Positions 55,361-64,000 of a DNA stretch of 64,000 nt are shown piece after piece (position 1 is the first letter of the stretch; each line of letters opens with the position of its first letter). Both the position numbers and the translations under genes were made by a program. Under the pieces are notes generated by a model. It was not told where the DNA came from and searched no databases. It worked only from the letters and a program-made list of their open reading frames with translations. Where the stretch lies: the sequence record MF459647.1, one strand, 5' to 3'.

Positions 55361-55391
55361 CTAACCCTACTCCTTAACGGAGTAGGGTTAG
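55361..55391. terminator. Hairpin at a convergent junction
   Basis: CTAACCCTACTCC-ttaac-GGAGTAGGGTTAG perfect 13-bp stem. Confidence 0.75.
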
Positions 55392-55414
55392 TAACTTACT
55401 TATTTTTTTTTTGT

Positions 55415-58400
55415 TTAAGCAACACGACGACGGAGTTGCAGAATACGACGGTTACGAGTCAGACGGGCTTCCTCAATAACGGTGTCGATAGTCAGCAGTT
55501 TCTTCGTCTCAATTGGCAGCATCTGACTGAGTCGACGTATCTGTGCTTCAATACGCAACGCCAGGATGTTGTCATTGGTGTTCATCAGTTCATCAGACAG
55601 TTTAGTGATTTGCTCACGAATCTGATTAATCTGCCCTTCCACAACTGGATCGTTAGCTGCACTGTTCTCAGCCTGATGGTTATTAAGCAGGTTACGGGAA
55701 TCCACTAAGCTAATGCCCATTGGAATGCCGTACAGTGGTTTACTCTGCCCACGCTTAATGAACCAGTAGGTCAGCAACCAAGCAACCACCAAGTCATCGT
55801 GACGGTTGTTGTCGTGGTCAATACGCCCACCTTTCACCTTCAGGTTAATGAGTTCATCACACAGCTTGTCGTAATTCAATCCAAAGCCGGTCATCCCCAC
55901 TGCTTCCTGGATATACCCGTAGAACTCCTCACGTGATTTGGCGTTGGTGTTAAACCCGAAGTGCTGCTTCAACCGCAGATAGAAATCTTTCGTACGGTAT
56001 TGTGCACCTACTCGTTTCACCTCCTGGAACTCTTTATCGAATTTCTCCGGATACTGATAAATCTGGTTAAAGATTTTCTTAAACGGATCCAATCCTTTTG
56101 CCGGAAGCGTAATCAACAGGTTATCAATCATGTGGTGCGCGTAGTTGCGTTCAATGATTAACAGGCTGTTAGGGATACACACCAGGATGTCCACGATAAT
56201 GGTCGCTACGTCGTCCAGGTACGCCAGAGGGTAACGACCTACCCCTATGACCTTGCCGCTGCGTAGAGAGCGTATGATGAGCGTACAGGCATCCTTGTTG
56301 ATAGCTGACGAGGTATCACAACCCACCAAGAAGTAATCGTTGTGTTCAGGCTTACAAATCTGCTGGAATTCTTCTTGTGAAATGAAGAAGTCAATGAACA
56401 GTCCTGAATCACGATACTCTTTGCTCCAGACCGTGTTGCGTTTTGCATTGTTAATCGCTTCACGCGTCAAGTCATCGAACAGGCGGTTCTCACCGTCTTC
56501 GGTCCACATCAACAACAAGTCAATCTTCGCCTTACTGAGCGAGAGGTTAAGCTTGTCGATGGTCTCTTTCACCCAACCTTTGTCTTTACCCAGTTGCAGG
56601 TAGTTGTACACCATGCTAACTGACGGCGACGTGGTGTCTTTCGGGCTGGCTTTAATGAGACGGTAGGCGAGATGACTTTCACTGTAGGAGTCAAAGAACT
56701 TCTCACGCCATTCGGTTGCACCCATGAGTTTGTCAAACATGAACTCACCGGACGGGTGCTGAACCGTGTTCGGCGTTGTGATGTAGTTGATGCAGTACGG
56801 CAACCCTGCAGCTCGCATGTTTTCCATCTCGGTCAATGCCGATGGCATACAGCCGTTGATGATGGCCTCAATGAAGGAGATGTATGACCCTTCATCGACG
56901 GTGGTCGAGCCTACGGTTAAACCACGACCCAAGTTCTCTGCGGCATCCTGCCCCTGTTGAGGAACGCTGATGGTCATGACGTTGGTGTCAGCCTCACCGA
57001 AGGAGCGGTAGGTCAAATAGGTACCCGCATCTTTATCGCGGTAGGTTGGGTTAACCAAGTACTTTGGAATACAGGTACGGATACGTTTAATCGCATCAAT
57101 AAACTGGGCCCGGTTATCGGACTTCAGGGTAATGACGTGACTCTTGTACCCGCGACCTACAATATAAGTAAGCCAAAAGTTGATAACCTGTACAGATACA
57201 GTATTGTGAGTAGGGATAAACTCATCAGTAATGTAAATCTGTTCCTCATTATCAACCTCGATGCATGACGCCTCGTCCGTGCCATGATAATCGATAGCTG
57301 TGAGGTAAAGTGCGTTATCAACATCAGGGAGATGAGGAACAGCACGGCGTTTAAAATAGTTAAGCTCATGAGGTAACGTGACCTTTAAGTATTTCTTATC
57401 TACCGCGGCCGTACCCCCTAAACTCCGGAACAGGTATTGTAGCGCATAACTGTAAACCGGGTCGGGAATCGGGCAGTAGATATGATGGTTGTCGACTTTC
57501 CCACGGCAGTCCATTACACCCTGAATCAAACTGAGTTTGTTGTCGATACTGTCTTCCAGGTAATCCAACGGAAGCGTTCTCGGTTTCTCATCAAACGGCT
57601 TGCCTTCAGCGTGAGCGATAACCCAAGTATGGGGTTTCACCTGTGTAAAGGTAAAGAACGCAGGAAGTTGCGTTTGGATTTCAGCAATGACGTCTTCAGG
57701 CAGCTTGGTGTAATACAGCTTACCGTTGAGACGGGTACCGGTTAACATCACCCCTTGAATGTACGGCGGGATAACGTGGGTTTTACTCGGCTGCTCTTCC
57801 GGTGTCGCTAACGGCATGCGAATAGGACGTTTATGGTAGTGCTTGTCTTTCAGCTTGTCGATTAACATCGCGGTGGTGTAATCCACTTCGAGTCCATCGT
57901 TAGCCCCACGTTCCTTATCGAATACTGTCCACAGGTGTTCGGCACCGCTGTGGGTTTCACGACCGTCGCTGAAGGTCATTTTGTAGATACGTTTACGACC
58001 CTGAGGATGTACCCCAATGACCGTTGAGACATTTCCGGTACGGTCAATGATTTGGTCACCGGTCCGGATATCACCGATACGCTTCCAACGTGTCCCGACG
58101 GTAGACGGTGTCCCAGCGGGATTCATGACACGCACTTTACTGTTGTTCGGCTGAAGCTTACCCTGCTGACGGGGCATGATCATGTACGTCGTGATGTGGT
58201 TCAGGTAGTTCCACATAAAGCTGACGTTACCGCGGTTCGCCTTGAACTTCATGTCCGGACGTAACCGACAAATCTCACGCAAGAAATACCAGAAGTTATT
58301 CTTGCACTCGTTCATGATCATCACCTTCTGGTCTTCCGTCAGGTTTTCATCATACGGGTCCACGCCAATTAACAGGGGGTTATTCAACTGCAGGATAAAC

Positions 58401-58714
58401 CCGTAGTTCTTTATTCCCTGCAGACGAAACAGTTCAGCGGTACGCAAGAAGCTTTCGTTGGTGGTTTGCAAATCGGGCTTGGCCCGATAACGGTAAAAAT
58501 CTTTTAGGAATCTTACAGTCTTGATACTGAACAAACTGTCTTCGTTAAAATGTGCTAACAGATTTTCATCGTCAGTGCGGTCAACATAATTTAACGGACG
58601 TTTTTCATCTTTGTTGATGTGGAACTTGGTACTGGAGTCATCCATCAGGTACTTGGGAAGTTCAGGAATGCCCAGAAACTGCTGGATACTTTTAGCGACT
58701 TGTAAATCGTCCAT
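55415..58714 (-). CDS. terL: Terminase large subunit precursor containing an intein
   Basis: Walker A PRQQGK|T is restored after removing the intein; Walker B TTVDE, ITTPN, nuclease motifs VGCDTS, IIERN and HDDLVVA. Confidence 0.92.
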   Translation of the reverse strand: MDDLQVAKSIQQFLGIPELPKYLMDDSSTKFHINKDEKRPLNYVDRTDDENLLAHFNEDSLFSIKTVRFLKDFYRYRAKPDLQTTNESFLRTAELFRLQGIKNYGFILQLNNPLLIGVDPYDENLTEDQKVMIMNECKNNFWYFLREICRLRPDMKFKANRGNVSFMWNYLNHITTYMIMPRQQGKLQPNNSKVRVMNPAGTPSTVGTRWKRIGDIRTGDQIIDRTGNVSTVIGVHPQGRKRIYKMTFSDGRETHSGAEHLWTVFDKERGANDGLEVDYTTAMLIDKLKDKHYHKRPIRMPLATPEEQPSKTHVIPPYIQGVMLTGTRLNGKLYYTKLPEDVIAEIQTQLPAFFTFTQVKPHTWVIAHAEGKPFDEKPRTLPLDYLEDSIDNKLSLIQGVMDCRGKVDNHHIYCPIPDPVYSYALQYLFRSLGGTAAVDKKYLKVTLPHELNYFKRRAVPHLPDVDNALYLTAIDYHGTDEASCIEVDNEEQIYITDEFIPTHNTVSVQVINFWLTYIVGRGYKSHVITLKSDNRAQFIDAIKRIRTCIPKYLVNPTYRDKDAGTYLTYRSFGEADTNVMTISVPQQGQDAAENLGRGLTVGSTTVDEGSYISFIEAIINGCMPSALTEMENMRAAGLPYCINYITTPNTVQHPSGEFMFDKLMGATEWREKFFDSYSESHLAYRLIKASPKDTTSPSVSMVYNYLQLGKDKGWVKETIDKLNLSLSKAKIDLLLMWTEDGENRLFDDLTREAINNAKRNTVWSKEYRDSGLFIDFFISQEEFQQICKPEHNDYFLVGCDTSSAINKDACTLIIRSLRSGKVIGVGRYPLAYLDDVATIIVDILVCIPNSLLIIERNYAHHMIDNLLITLPAKGLDPFKKIFNQIYQYPEKFDKEFQEVKRVGAQYRTKDFYLRLKQHFGFNTNAKSREEFYGYIQEAVGMTGFGLNYDKLCDELINLKVKGGRIDHDNNRHDDLVVAWLLTYWFIKRGQSKPLYGIPMGISLVDSRNLLNNHQAENSAANDPVVEGQINQIREQITKLSDELMNTNDNILALRIEAQIRRLSQMLPIETKKLLTIDTVIEEARLTRNRRILQLRRRVA
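57203..58156 (-). mobile_element. Class 3-type intein (318 aa) with degenerate LAGLIDADG domain
   Basis: Begins LQPNNSKV directly after GK; EHLW (block B), SCIEVD (block F), PTHN|T (block G and +1 Thr). Confidence 0.9.
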
Positions 58715-58733
58715 TGGTGTTCCTTAAGAAAAA

Positions 58734-58757
58734 GCTAACTGGGTTTCCCCAGTTAGC
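58734..58757 (-). terminator. Rho-independent terminator, minus strand
   Basis: On the minus strand GCTAACTGGG-gaaa-CCCAGTTAGC followed by TTTTTCTT. Confidence 0.7.
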
Positions 58758-58764
58758 CTAAGAG

Positions 58765-60480
58765 TTACGATGGTTTAGAAACAAACCCAGTCATCGCCAG
58801 CTGCAGTTCATTACCGGTCTGGTCAACGTTGACCCAGCAGATAAAGTACGTGTGGCCTTTGGCCAATTCGATAGCGATGGTGTTGTCTTTGTTCCAGTCG
58901 GCCAGCTGATAACGGAACCGTTGACCTTTCGCGTCCATGATATCAAACGCAGTCGGCGTAGGAGCCTTTTCTTCGGTCTTGTCGTTATAGCTTGGGTCGA
59001 TAGCCCAATAGAGTGCCGTGAGCCACTCTGCCTGCGTCTTAGCGCCGTTGGTGAGGTTGAAGGTAGTCTTCGTCCCGTTGTTCTTCACAACCGCCTCAAT
59101 ACCCGTGTAAGGCAGTTTCTGGAAGTTGTACTGAACGTCCCAACGTTTGCCTGGCCCATTGACATCTTTGTACAGGGTGATGTTCGTGAACTGACGGAAG
59201 ATAACGCTTTCGTAGCTCGTGGAAACATCGCGCAGGTTCAGGTTGAAAATCAACGCCTGCTCAACACCGTACGAGGCTGGTTTGAACGGTGGGGATTGGT
59301 CATTGAACGTTACCTTATCAGTAACATCAATCCGCACCTTACGATCAAGGTCATACAGGTAGTGTTTGAGCATCCAGCGAGACGTGGTGGTGTCCCATTC
59401 CGGATAGGTGTAGATCTTCGGCGTATAGGATCCTTGCACCGCCGTGGCCTGAATGGTGTACCGACGAGAGATGTGACGCGGAGCACCCGGTGAAGCCAGG
59501 TACGGCATTTCATCTTCCGACATTTGATACGTCAGTACCAGTTCGGCTTCCTGACCCGGATACATCGGACGGTAACGGTTGAGGCCCAACAGGCTGAACT
59601 TCGTGCCGTTAACAGATGCTTCTTCCATATCACCGTCAGAGTAGTGTACCCGTGCACGCCACTCAATGCCCACAATCGGCGTATTGATAGGAATCATCAA
59701 ACGCTCTGGATCGCTGGTATTGGTAAACCACGGCGACACCAGCTCAATACCGGTGATGGTACGCATGCCGATACGGTGGTCTTTCATGTACGCCGTTTGC
59801 TGAACCATTAAAGGCTGCACTGGCGGAATGAAGTTACCACCCTGGTCATAGAACACAGCCGTACAGCGTTTGCCGTCCGTCAGGGCTTCTGCGTTCATCG
59901 TTACCGAGAACTGACCGGTCGTCATGATGTTGACATTGGTACGGTCAACGATCTCTGCCAGTTCGCACGGAATCTCTTCGGTCAGTTTATTAGCTGACTT
60001 ATCATAGACCGCACTGATGACAGTTCCGGTAGGGCCGGTGTCGTTCCCCAGAAAGACGAGAGCGTATGCAGCGCCTGGACGCATAATAGTAGAATCAATG
60101 CGGGCAATATTAGGACGAACACTGTAGTCAATAGCCAGGAGAGCTTCACCTGCTAACGGACCTCCACGTTGACCGAAGATCCAATCTTGTTCCGTGGTGG
60201 ACGTGGTTTCGGCTTGCAGGTTCCAGACAGTCAGGTGGGTTTTGTAGCCAGCCTGAATGTCCACATGGTTTACGAAATAGATGCGACCGTTCGGAACATC
60301 AAACACCAGTTCGCCTTCATTTGGAACCACGTACTTTTCCAAATCACTGGCGGGATGCTTGTCCGGGTCGAAAATATTTTCGATGTAGTGAAACGATTTG
60401 CGCTCGGGGTTATTTGCCGCAGCAATGCTAACCCCAGGCACAGCCCGTGACACTGTTGTCGATGGACTGTTATCAAACAT
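58765..60480 (-). CDS. Virion structural protein (position of phiKZ gp26)
   Basis: 571 aa, beta-rich, upstream of terL as in phiKZ and SPN3US; assignment by synteny. Confidence 0.6.
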   Translation of the reverse strand: MFDNSPSTTVSRAVPGVSIAAANNPERKSFHYIENIFDPDKHPASDLEKYVVPNEGELVFDVPNGRIYFVNHVDIQAGYKTHLTVWNLQAETTSTTEQDWIFGQRGGPLAGEALLAIDYSVRPNIARIDSTIMRPGAAYALVFLGNDTGPTGTVISAVYDKSANKLTEEIPCELAEIVDRTNVNIMTTGQFSVTMNAEALTDGKRCTAVFYDQGGNFIPPVQPLMVQQTAYMKDHRIGMRTITGIELVSPWFTNTSDPERLMIPINTPIVGIEWRARVHYSDGDMEEASVNGTKFSLLGLNRYRPMYPGQEAELVLTYQMSEDEMPYLASPGAPRHISRRYTIQATAVQGSYTPKIYTYPEWDTTTSRWMLKHYLYDLDRKVRIDVTDKVTFNDQSPPFKPASYGVEQALIFNLNLRDVSTSYESVIFRQFTNITLYKDVNGPGKRWDVQYNFQKLPYTGIEAVVKNNGTKTTFNLTNGAKTQAEWLTALYWAIDPSYNDKTEEKAPTPTAFDIMDAKGQRFRYQLADWNKDNTIAIELAKGHTYFICWVNVDQTGNELQLAMTGFVSKPS

Positions 60481-60481
60481 G

Positions 60482-63070
60482 TCAACTTACCTCAAAGTGA
60501 CTTTCGATTTTACATGCTGATTTTAAGAACAGGTCATTGGCCTGACGGATAAACAGCAACTCTTTCGCTGTGACCGTCAAGGTGTCGACATTCGCATACG
60601 GCATGATAGCAAAGTAACGCTGATCAAACCCTAACGCAGCCGGGTCATACTTCAACCAGGATGTGAAAGGTGCGGCGAGTTCTTGAATCGTTTGGTTACT
60701 GAAGATTTTCCCGTCTTCCAGGTCCGGTAACACAATGACCTTGTTCAGCACGCCATTCACCAGCTGGTTCAGGAACGGACTAAACAGCCGGTACTTATCT
60801 TGTAAGTTGGCCATGACTTGAGGTTGTGGTTTCGGACAATACTTCGTGAGGTAATCCACGATGCGTTTATCCAGGTCACGCCCTTCGTCATACAGCGGAT
60901 GGTTGTTGTACTTCTCGGCAAACTTCACCGGCGTGTACGAGTGCTTCACCATGTAAGGACGACCGTTTAAGGAATCATCCAGGTTACTGGCAGGCAACAG
61001 CTCCGCTGACGGGACATCGCCCTGATGGAACAGACGACCGTAAATCACACAACGAGTAGTGCGGTCTTCACGAATGTTGTAACGCGGAATGTTTCCGATT
61101 ACCCCACCCTCAACAAACCCCAGCTCGGTTTCCGTTTTCGGCTTTTTCAAGTCGGCATGGAACCCATGAGCGCGCACCGTGATTTTCTGCGGTCCCTCAA
61201 CCAGGAACTCTTTATTGTGAATAAAGAAGTGTCCGTCATCAAAGAACCAGTCCACGTTATCAATCAGCGGACGGTTATTCAGCCACAGGTCTAACTGCGC
61301 CAAGACCACTTTCACCGGCAAACGCCCGTCATCGTAAATCTCAGTCAGGTCAAAACTCAGGCTGTGGTCCATGTGCTGCAGTTCAAACTCATACGCCAGG
61401 AACTGGTCACCGAACACAATCATAGCACGTTGGTTCACCACATCGAGTTTCTTGAACACCACGTAACCGTTCGAGACTTCATAGAGGTCTGTTCCTGTCA
61501 CGTCTTTCAGTTCACCGAAGAACTCGTTGTTGATGATGTTCCAGCGACCTACCAGTATACGGAACTCTACGTTCTCAATGAGCTGGGTGTCTCGGTTAGT
61601 GACCACGTAGTTTAGCGTACGGCCGCCCTGCCCCATGATGAACTCAACCAGTTTACAGGCTGGGTTAAGGGGAGAGAAAAGCTGGGTGTTGTAGAACTGA
61701 TTCCATTCCAACAGCACACCGTTTTCATCGTACTCATAGGCCACAAAGTCACCGGAGTAAGTTGGTGGCACCACAATACCGCGTCCACCTTCCTGATAGG
61801 CAACCTTCATCGGAGTATCCGACATGGCCCGCGTCATGGCATTATAACCCAATGCATCTCGACTCATGGCGGTAGTCAATTTATTAAACTGACTCTTCAC
61901 CAGTTGCTGTACCGGACCCGACTCCAGCTGTGCGGCTGTCCATTCAGGAATCAGTGCACGCACCCCGGTCATCGCTGCCAAGATACCAGCATCGTCTAAA
62001 CGGTAGAGATAACGAACACGCTGTGACTCAAATGGCCAGTCAAACTTCCAGGTGGTATCCCGCACGATTTCCAGAATAATGAAGTCTTCGATTTTCGCCA
62101 GGTCACCTAACGGAGCCATTTGCATTTTGATTTGGTCATCAGCAATGCTCAGGTCGTTGTGGGTTAATTGACGAACCGCGTTTTCATTATTACGGTGGAA
62201 GTAGATGCCGTACTTGTCAGGACGAACCACGTAGAAGTCGCTGTCATCGAAATACCGCATAATCCAGCTGTCGCTTTTCGGCGGGTGCAGAATCAGCTTG
62301 CGCTTCTGGTCGAGGGTAGAGTAGAAGTCTTTCAGATCACCGTAACGGTACTGCTTCACTTCTTTCACCGTTGGGTCATGCCATATTTCCACTTCATCAC
62401 CAATCGACAACGTAAGGGCATTCGGTGCAGCCATCACAAAGCGGCCGTTGTGGAATACCCCCGTGTAACCGGGCTTGGCTTTGAGCGCATTGTACCGAGC
62501 CTGAAAGACCTGCAATTCCGCAGTGTTCTCATAGGTCATGGTTTCATACGCAAACGGATTAGCCGTGGGTTCGGTAACCAGACTGAACTTGTCCACGATA
62601 ACCGTTGGGTTATAAGTACGGAAGGTGTACTTGTCGGTCATGGGAATCGGGAAGATCACTAACTTCTCCAACGCCATCAACACTAACCCGTCATAGGTTG
62701 CCAGCAGCCACGCTTTAGAACGCGGGAACTGACGCCCTACCTGGTTATAAATGTCCAGCTGAATGCCGTGCACCACAGCCACGTCATCCATACGCACCCA
62801 ACGGTCCAGTGGATTGCGGGTACGGAACTTTTCGCGGAAGCTCCAGAAGCCTGGATGCAAACCGCCGATCGTAAAGATATGGTAAAAGCGATTGGCTTTA
62901 GGCAGCGAACGCCACTTGCCCATGTAGTTAAAGTTTTTGATGTACCCTAACTCAGTGCTCAAGCGTTCCATGTTAACCTGGAACTGGTGGTCAATTTCCG
63001 GGTTACCCCATAAAGCCCGATCAGTATAGTGGACGAGCGGATTGTCGTCGGCTACTGTTCGAGTGGTCAT
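60482..63070 (-). CDS. Virion structural protein (position of phiKZ gp27)
   Basis: 862 aa in the terL-upstream operon; assignment by synteny. Confidence 0.6.
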   Translation of the reverse strand: MTTRTVADDNPLVHYTDRALWGNPEIDHQFQVNMERLSTELGYIKNFNYMGKWRSLPKANRFYHIFTIGGLHPGFWSFREKFRTRNPLDRWVRMDDVAVVHGIQLDIYNQVGRQFPRSKAWLLATYDGLVLMALEKLVIFPIPMTDKYTFRTYNPTVIVDKFSLVTEPTANPFAYETMTYENTAELQVFQARYNALKAKPGYTGVFHNGRFVMAAPNALTLSIGDEVEIWHDPTVKEVKQYRYGDLKDFYSTLDQKRKLILHPPKSDSWIMRYFDDSDFYVVRPDKYGIYFHRNNENAVRQLTHNDLSIADDQIKMQMAPLGDLAKIEDFIILEIVRDTTWKFDWPFESQRVRYLYRLDDAGILAAMTGVRALIPEWTAAQLESGPVQQLVKSQFNKLTTAMSRDALGYNAMTRAMSDTPMKVAYQEGGRGIVVPPTYSGDFVAYEYDENGVLLEWNQFYNTQLFSPLNPACKLVEFIMGQGGRTLNYVVTNRDTQLIENVEFRILVGRWNIINNEFFGELKDVTGTDLYEVSNGYVVFKKLDVVNQRAMIVFGDQFLAYEFELQHMDHSLSFDLTEIYDDGRLPVKVVLAQLDLWLNNRPLIDNVDWFFDDGHFFIHNKEFLVEGPQKITVRAHGFHADLKKPKTETELGFVEGGVIGNIPRYNIREDRTTRCVIYGRLFHQGDVPSAELLPASNLDDSLNGRPYMVKHSYTPVKFAEKYNNHPLYDEGRDLDKRIVDYLTKYCPKPQPQVMANLQDKYRLFSPFLNQLVNGVLNKVIVLPDLEDGKIFSNQTIQELAAPFTSWLKYDPAALGFDQRYFAIMPYANVDTLTVTAKELLFIRQANDLFLKSACKIESHFEVS

Positions 63071-63072
63071 GG

Positions 63073-63954
63073 CTACTTAACCTTTAAGTCATAGGTGTAG
63101 TCCACATTCTTCACGAATGCTTCCAGTACCCCTTTGTTGTACTTCGGATCCAGCTGGATACCCAGCGGGGTTTTCGCGTACAGCTTGTTCTGGATGGTAC
63201 CGTACACAATGGCTGTAAACAGACACGGTGCTTCCAAGCTGGCGTTGACCACGTGTTTACCCACTGCGCTGAAACTGATGCGCGCTGTTAACCCCAGGAA
63301 ATCTTTGAGATTCAATCCTTTGAGTTTATACAGAGCCGGCGTCTTGTTAATAACGTCGATCAGTTCTTTGATGTTGGCAATGTACGGCAGGTCATCAATC
63401 ACACCCTGGATGATATCCATGTCGGTACCGAAGACGGTACGCACCACATTACTGACCACAAACTTGTAGTCGTGGTTCGGGTTCTCCATCAGCCCCACGA
63501 AGTAGTAGGACAGGAGAATTTTGAGGTGCAGGTTTTCCATCACATCCAAACCGGCACGTAACCCAAACAGATTACCCAGTGCGCCAGCAAATGAACGCAC
63601 CGCCAGAATACGTCCGTTCTTTAATGGTGTGAAATTGTTGTGAGCACAATCGTGTTGCAAGAACGCCGCCAGACGAATGATCATCGCTTCCGGTGCATTA
63701 GTGAGCACGTTACTTTTATTACGGTAAGGGCGCTCATCGTAAACCGTAATGGTTTCACGACTGTGGGATAAGGTGGTGATAGGGAATGCAAAAACGGGGA
63801 TACCGTAGTTCTCAGCATGGGTCACTACGAACACCCCGGGCTTGGTTGTACGGGTCAAGGCATTCATCAATTCCAGGGTTTTGATGGTGCCCTCGATTTT
63901 ATCAATTACTTTAAATGGAGCCCCGGCGGTGGTCTCGTATGGATTGATGATCAT
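63073..63954 (-). CDS. Virion structural protein (position of phiKZ gp28)
   Basis: Start moved to ATG 63954 (GAGG RBS); assignment by synteny. Confidence 0.55.
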   Translation of the reverse strand: MIINPYETTAGAPFKVIDKIEGTIKTLELMNALTRTTKPGVFVVTHAENYGIPVFAFPITTLSHSRETITVYDERPYRNKSNVLTNAPEAMIIRLAAFLQHDCAHNNFTPLKNGRILAVRSFAGALGNLFGLRAGLDVMENLHLKILLSYYFVGLMENPNHDYKFVVSNVVRTVFGTDMDIIQGVIDDLPYIANIKELIDVINKTPALYKLKGLNLKDFLGLTARISFSAVGKHVVNASLEAPCLFTAIVYGTIQNKLYAKTPLGIQLDPKYNKGVLEAFVKNVDYTYDLKVK

Positions 63955-64000
63955 GGTAATCCTCAAAATAATATGTTATGTGATGTGGATAATCACAACT

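Noticed and set aside
312-63966. Longer ORF-track starts (312, 19798, 25983, 25993, 42509, 63966)
   Set aside because: Downstream in-frame ATGs have better RBSs, and for most of these the shift also removes or relieves head-to-head overlap with the neighbouring gene.
1-64000. Alternative genetic code or stop-codon readthrough
   Set aside because: The standard code gives full-length genes with dense packing and tight stop/start overlaps.
1-64000. tRNA, rRNA, CRISPR array, integrase, chimallin or PhuZ
   Set aside because: None recognised by eye. Nucleus formation therefore cannot be shown from this window.

Overview
The window is a segment of a lytic phiKZ/SPN3US-like jumbo myophage genome (probably Chimalliviridae; enterobacterial host plausible but not provable here). 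The assignment rests on split virion RNA polymerase subunits (beta N 44085-48401, beta C 27929-28609, beta' with the DxDGD motif 42469-44088, likely beta' C 50968-51693), a gp175/gp245-type prohead protease, a 2.5-kaa tail protein with cell-wall hydrolase domains, a UvsX/RecA-like protein, an SF2 helicase and a large terminase, in SPN3US-like order. The first 16 kb is a tail-fibre/baseplate region with nine paralogues arranged as a repeated four-gene cassette, plus truncated relatives. The best leads are: a class 3-type intein with a decayed LAGLIDADG domain in the TerL Walker A motif; the cassette array with putative C-type-lectin-fold tips; a T4 gp16-like small terminase candidate; a structured leader behind an early-promoter motif; an apparently inactivated RNase H; and a sequence-related hairpin family at convergent gene junctions. 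No tRNA, rRNA, CRISPR array, integrase or reverse transcriptase was seen. All family assignments come from motifs and synteny recalled by eye. No database search was run.
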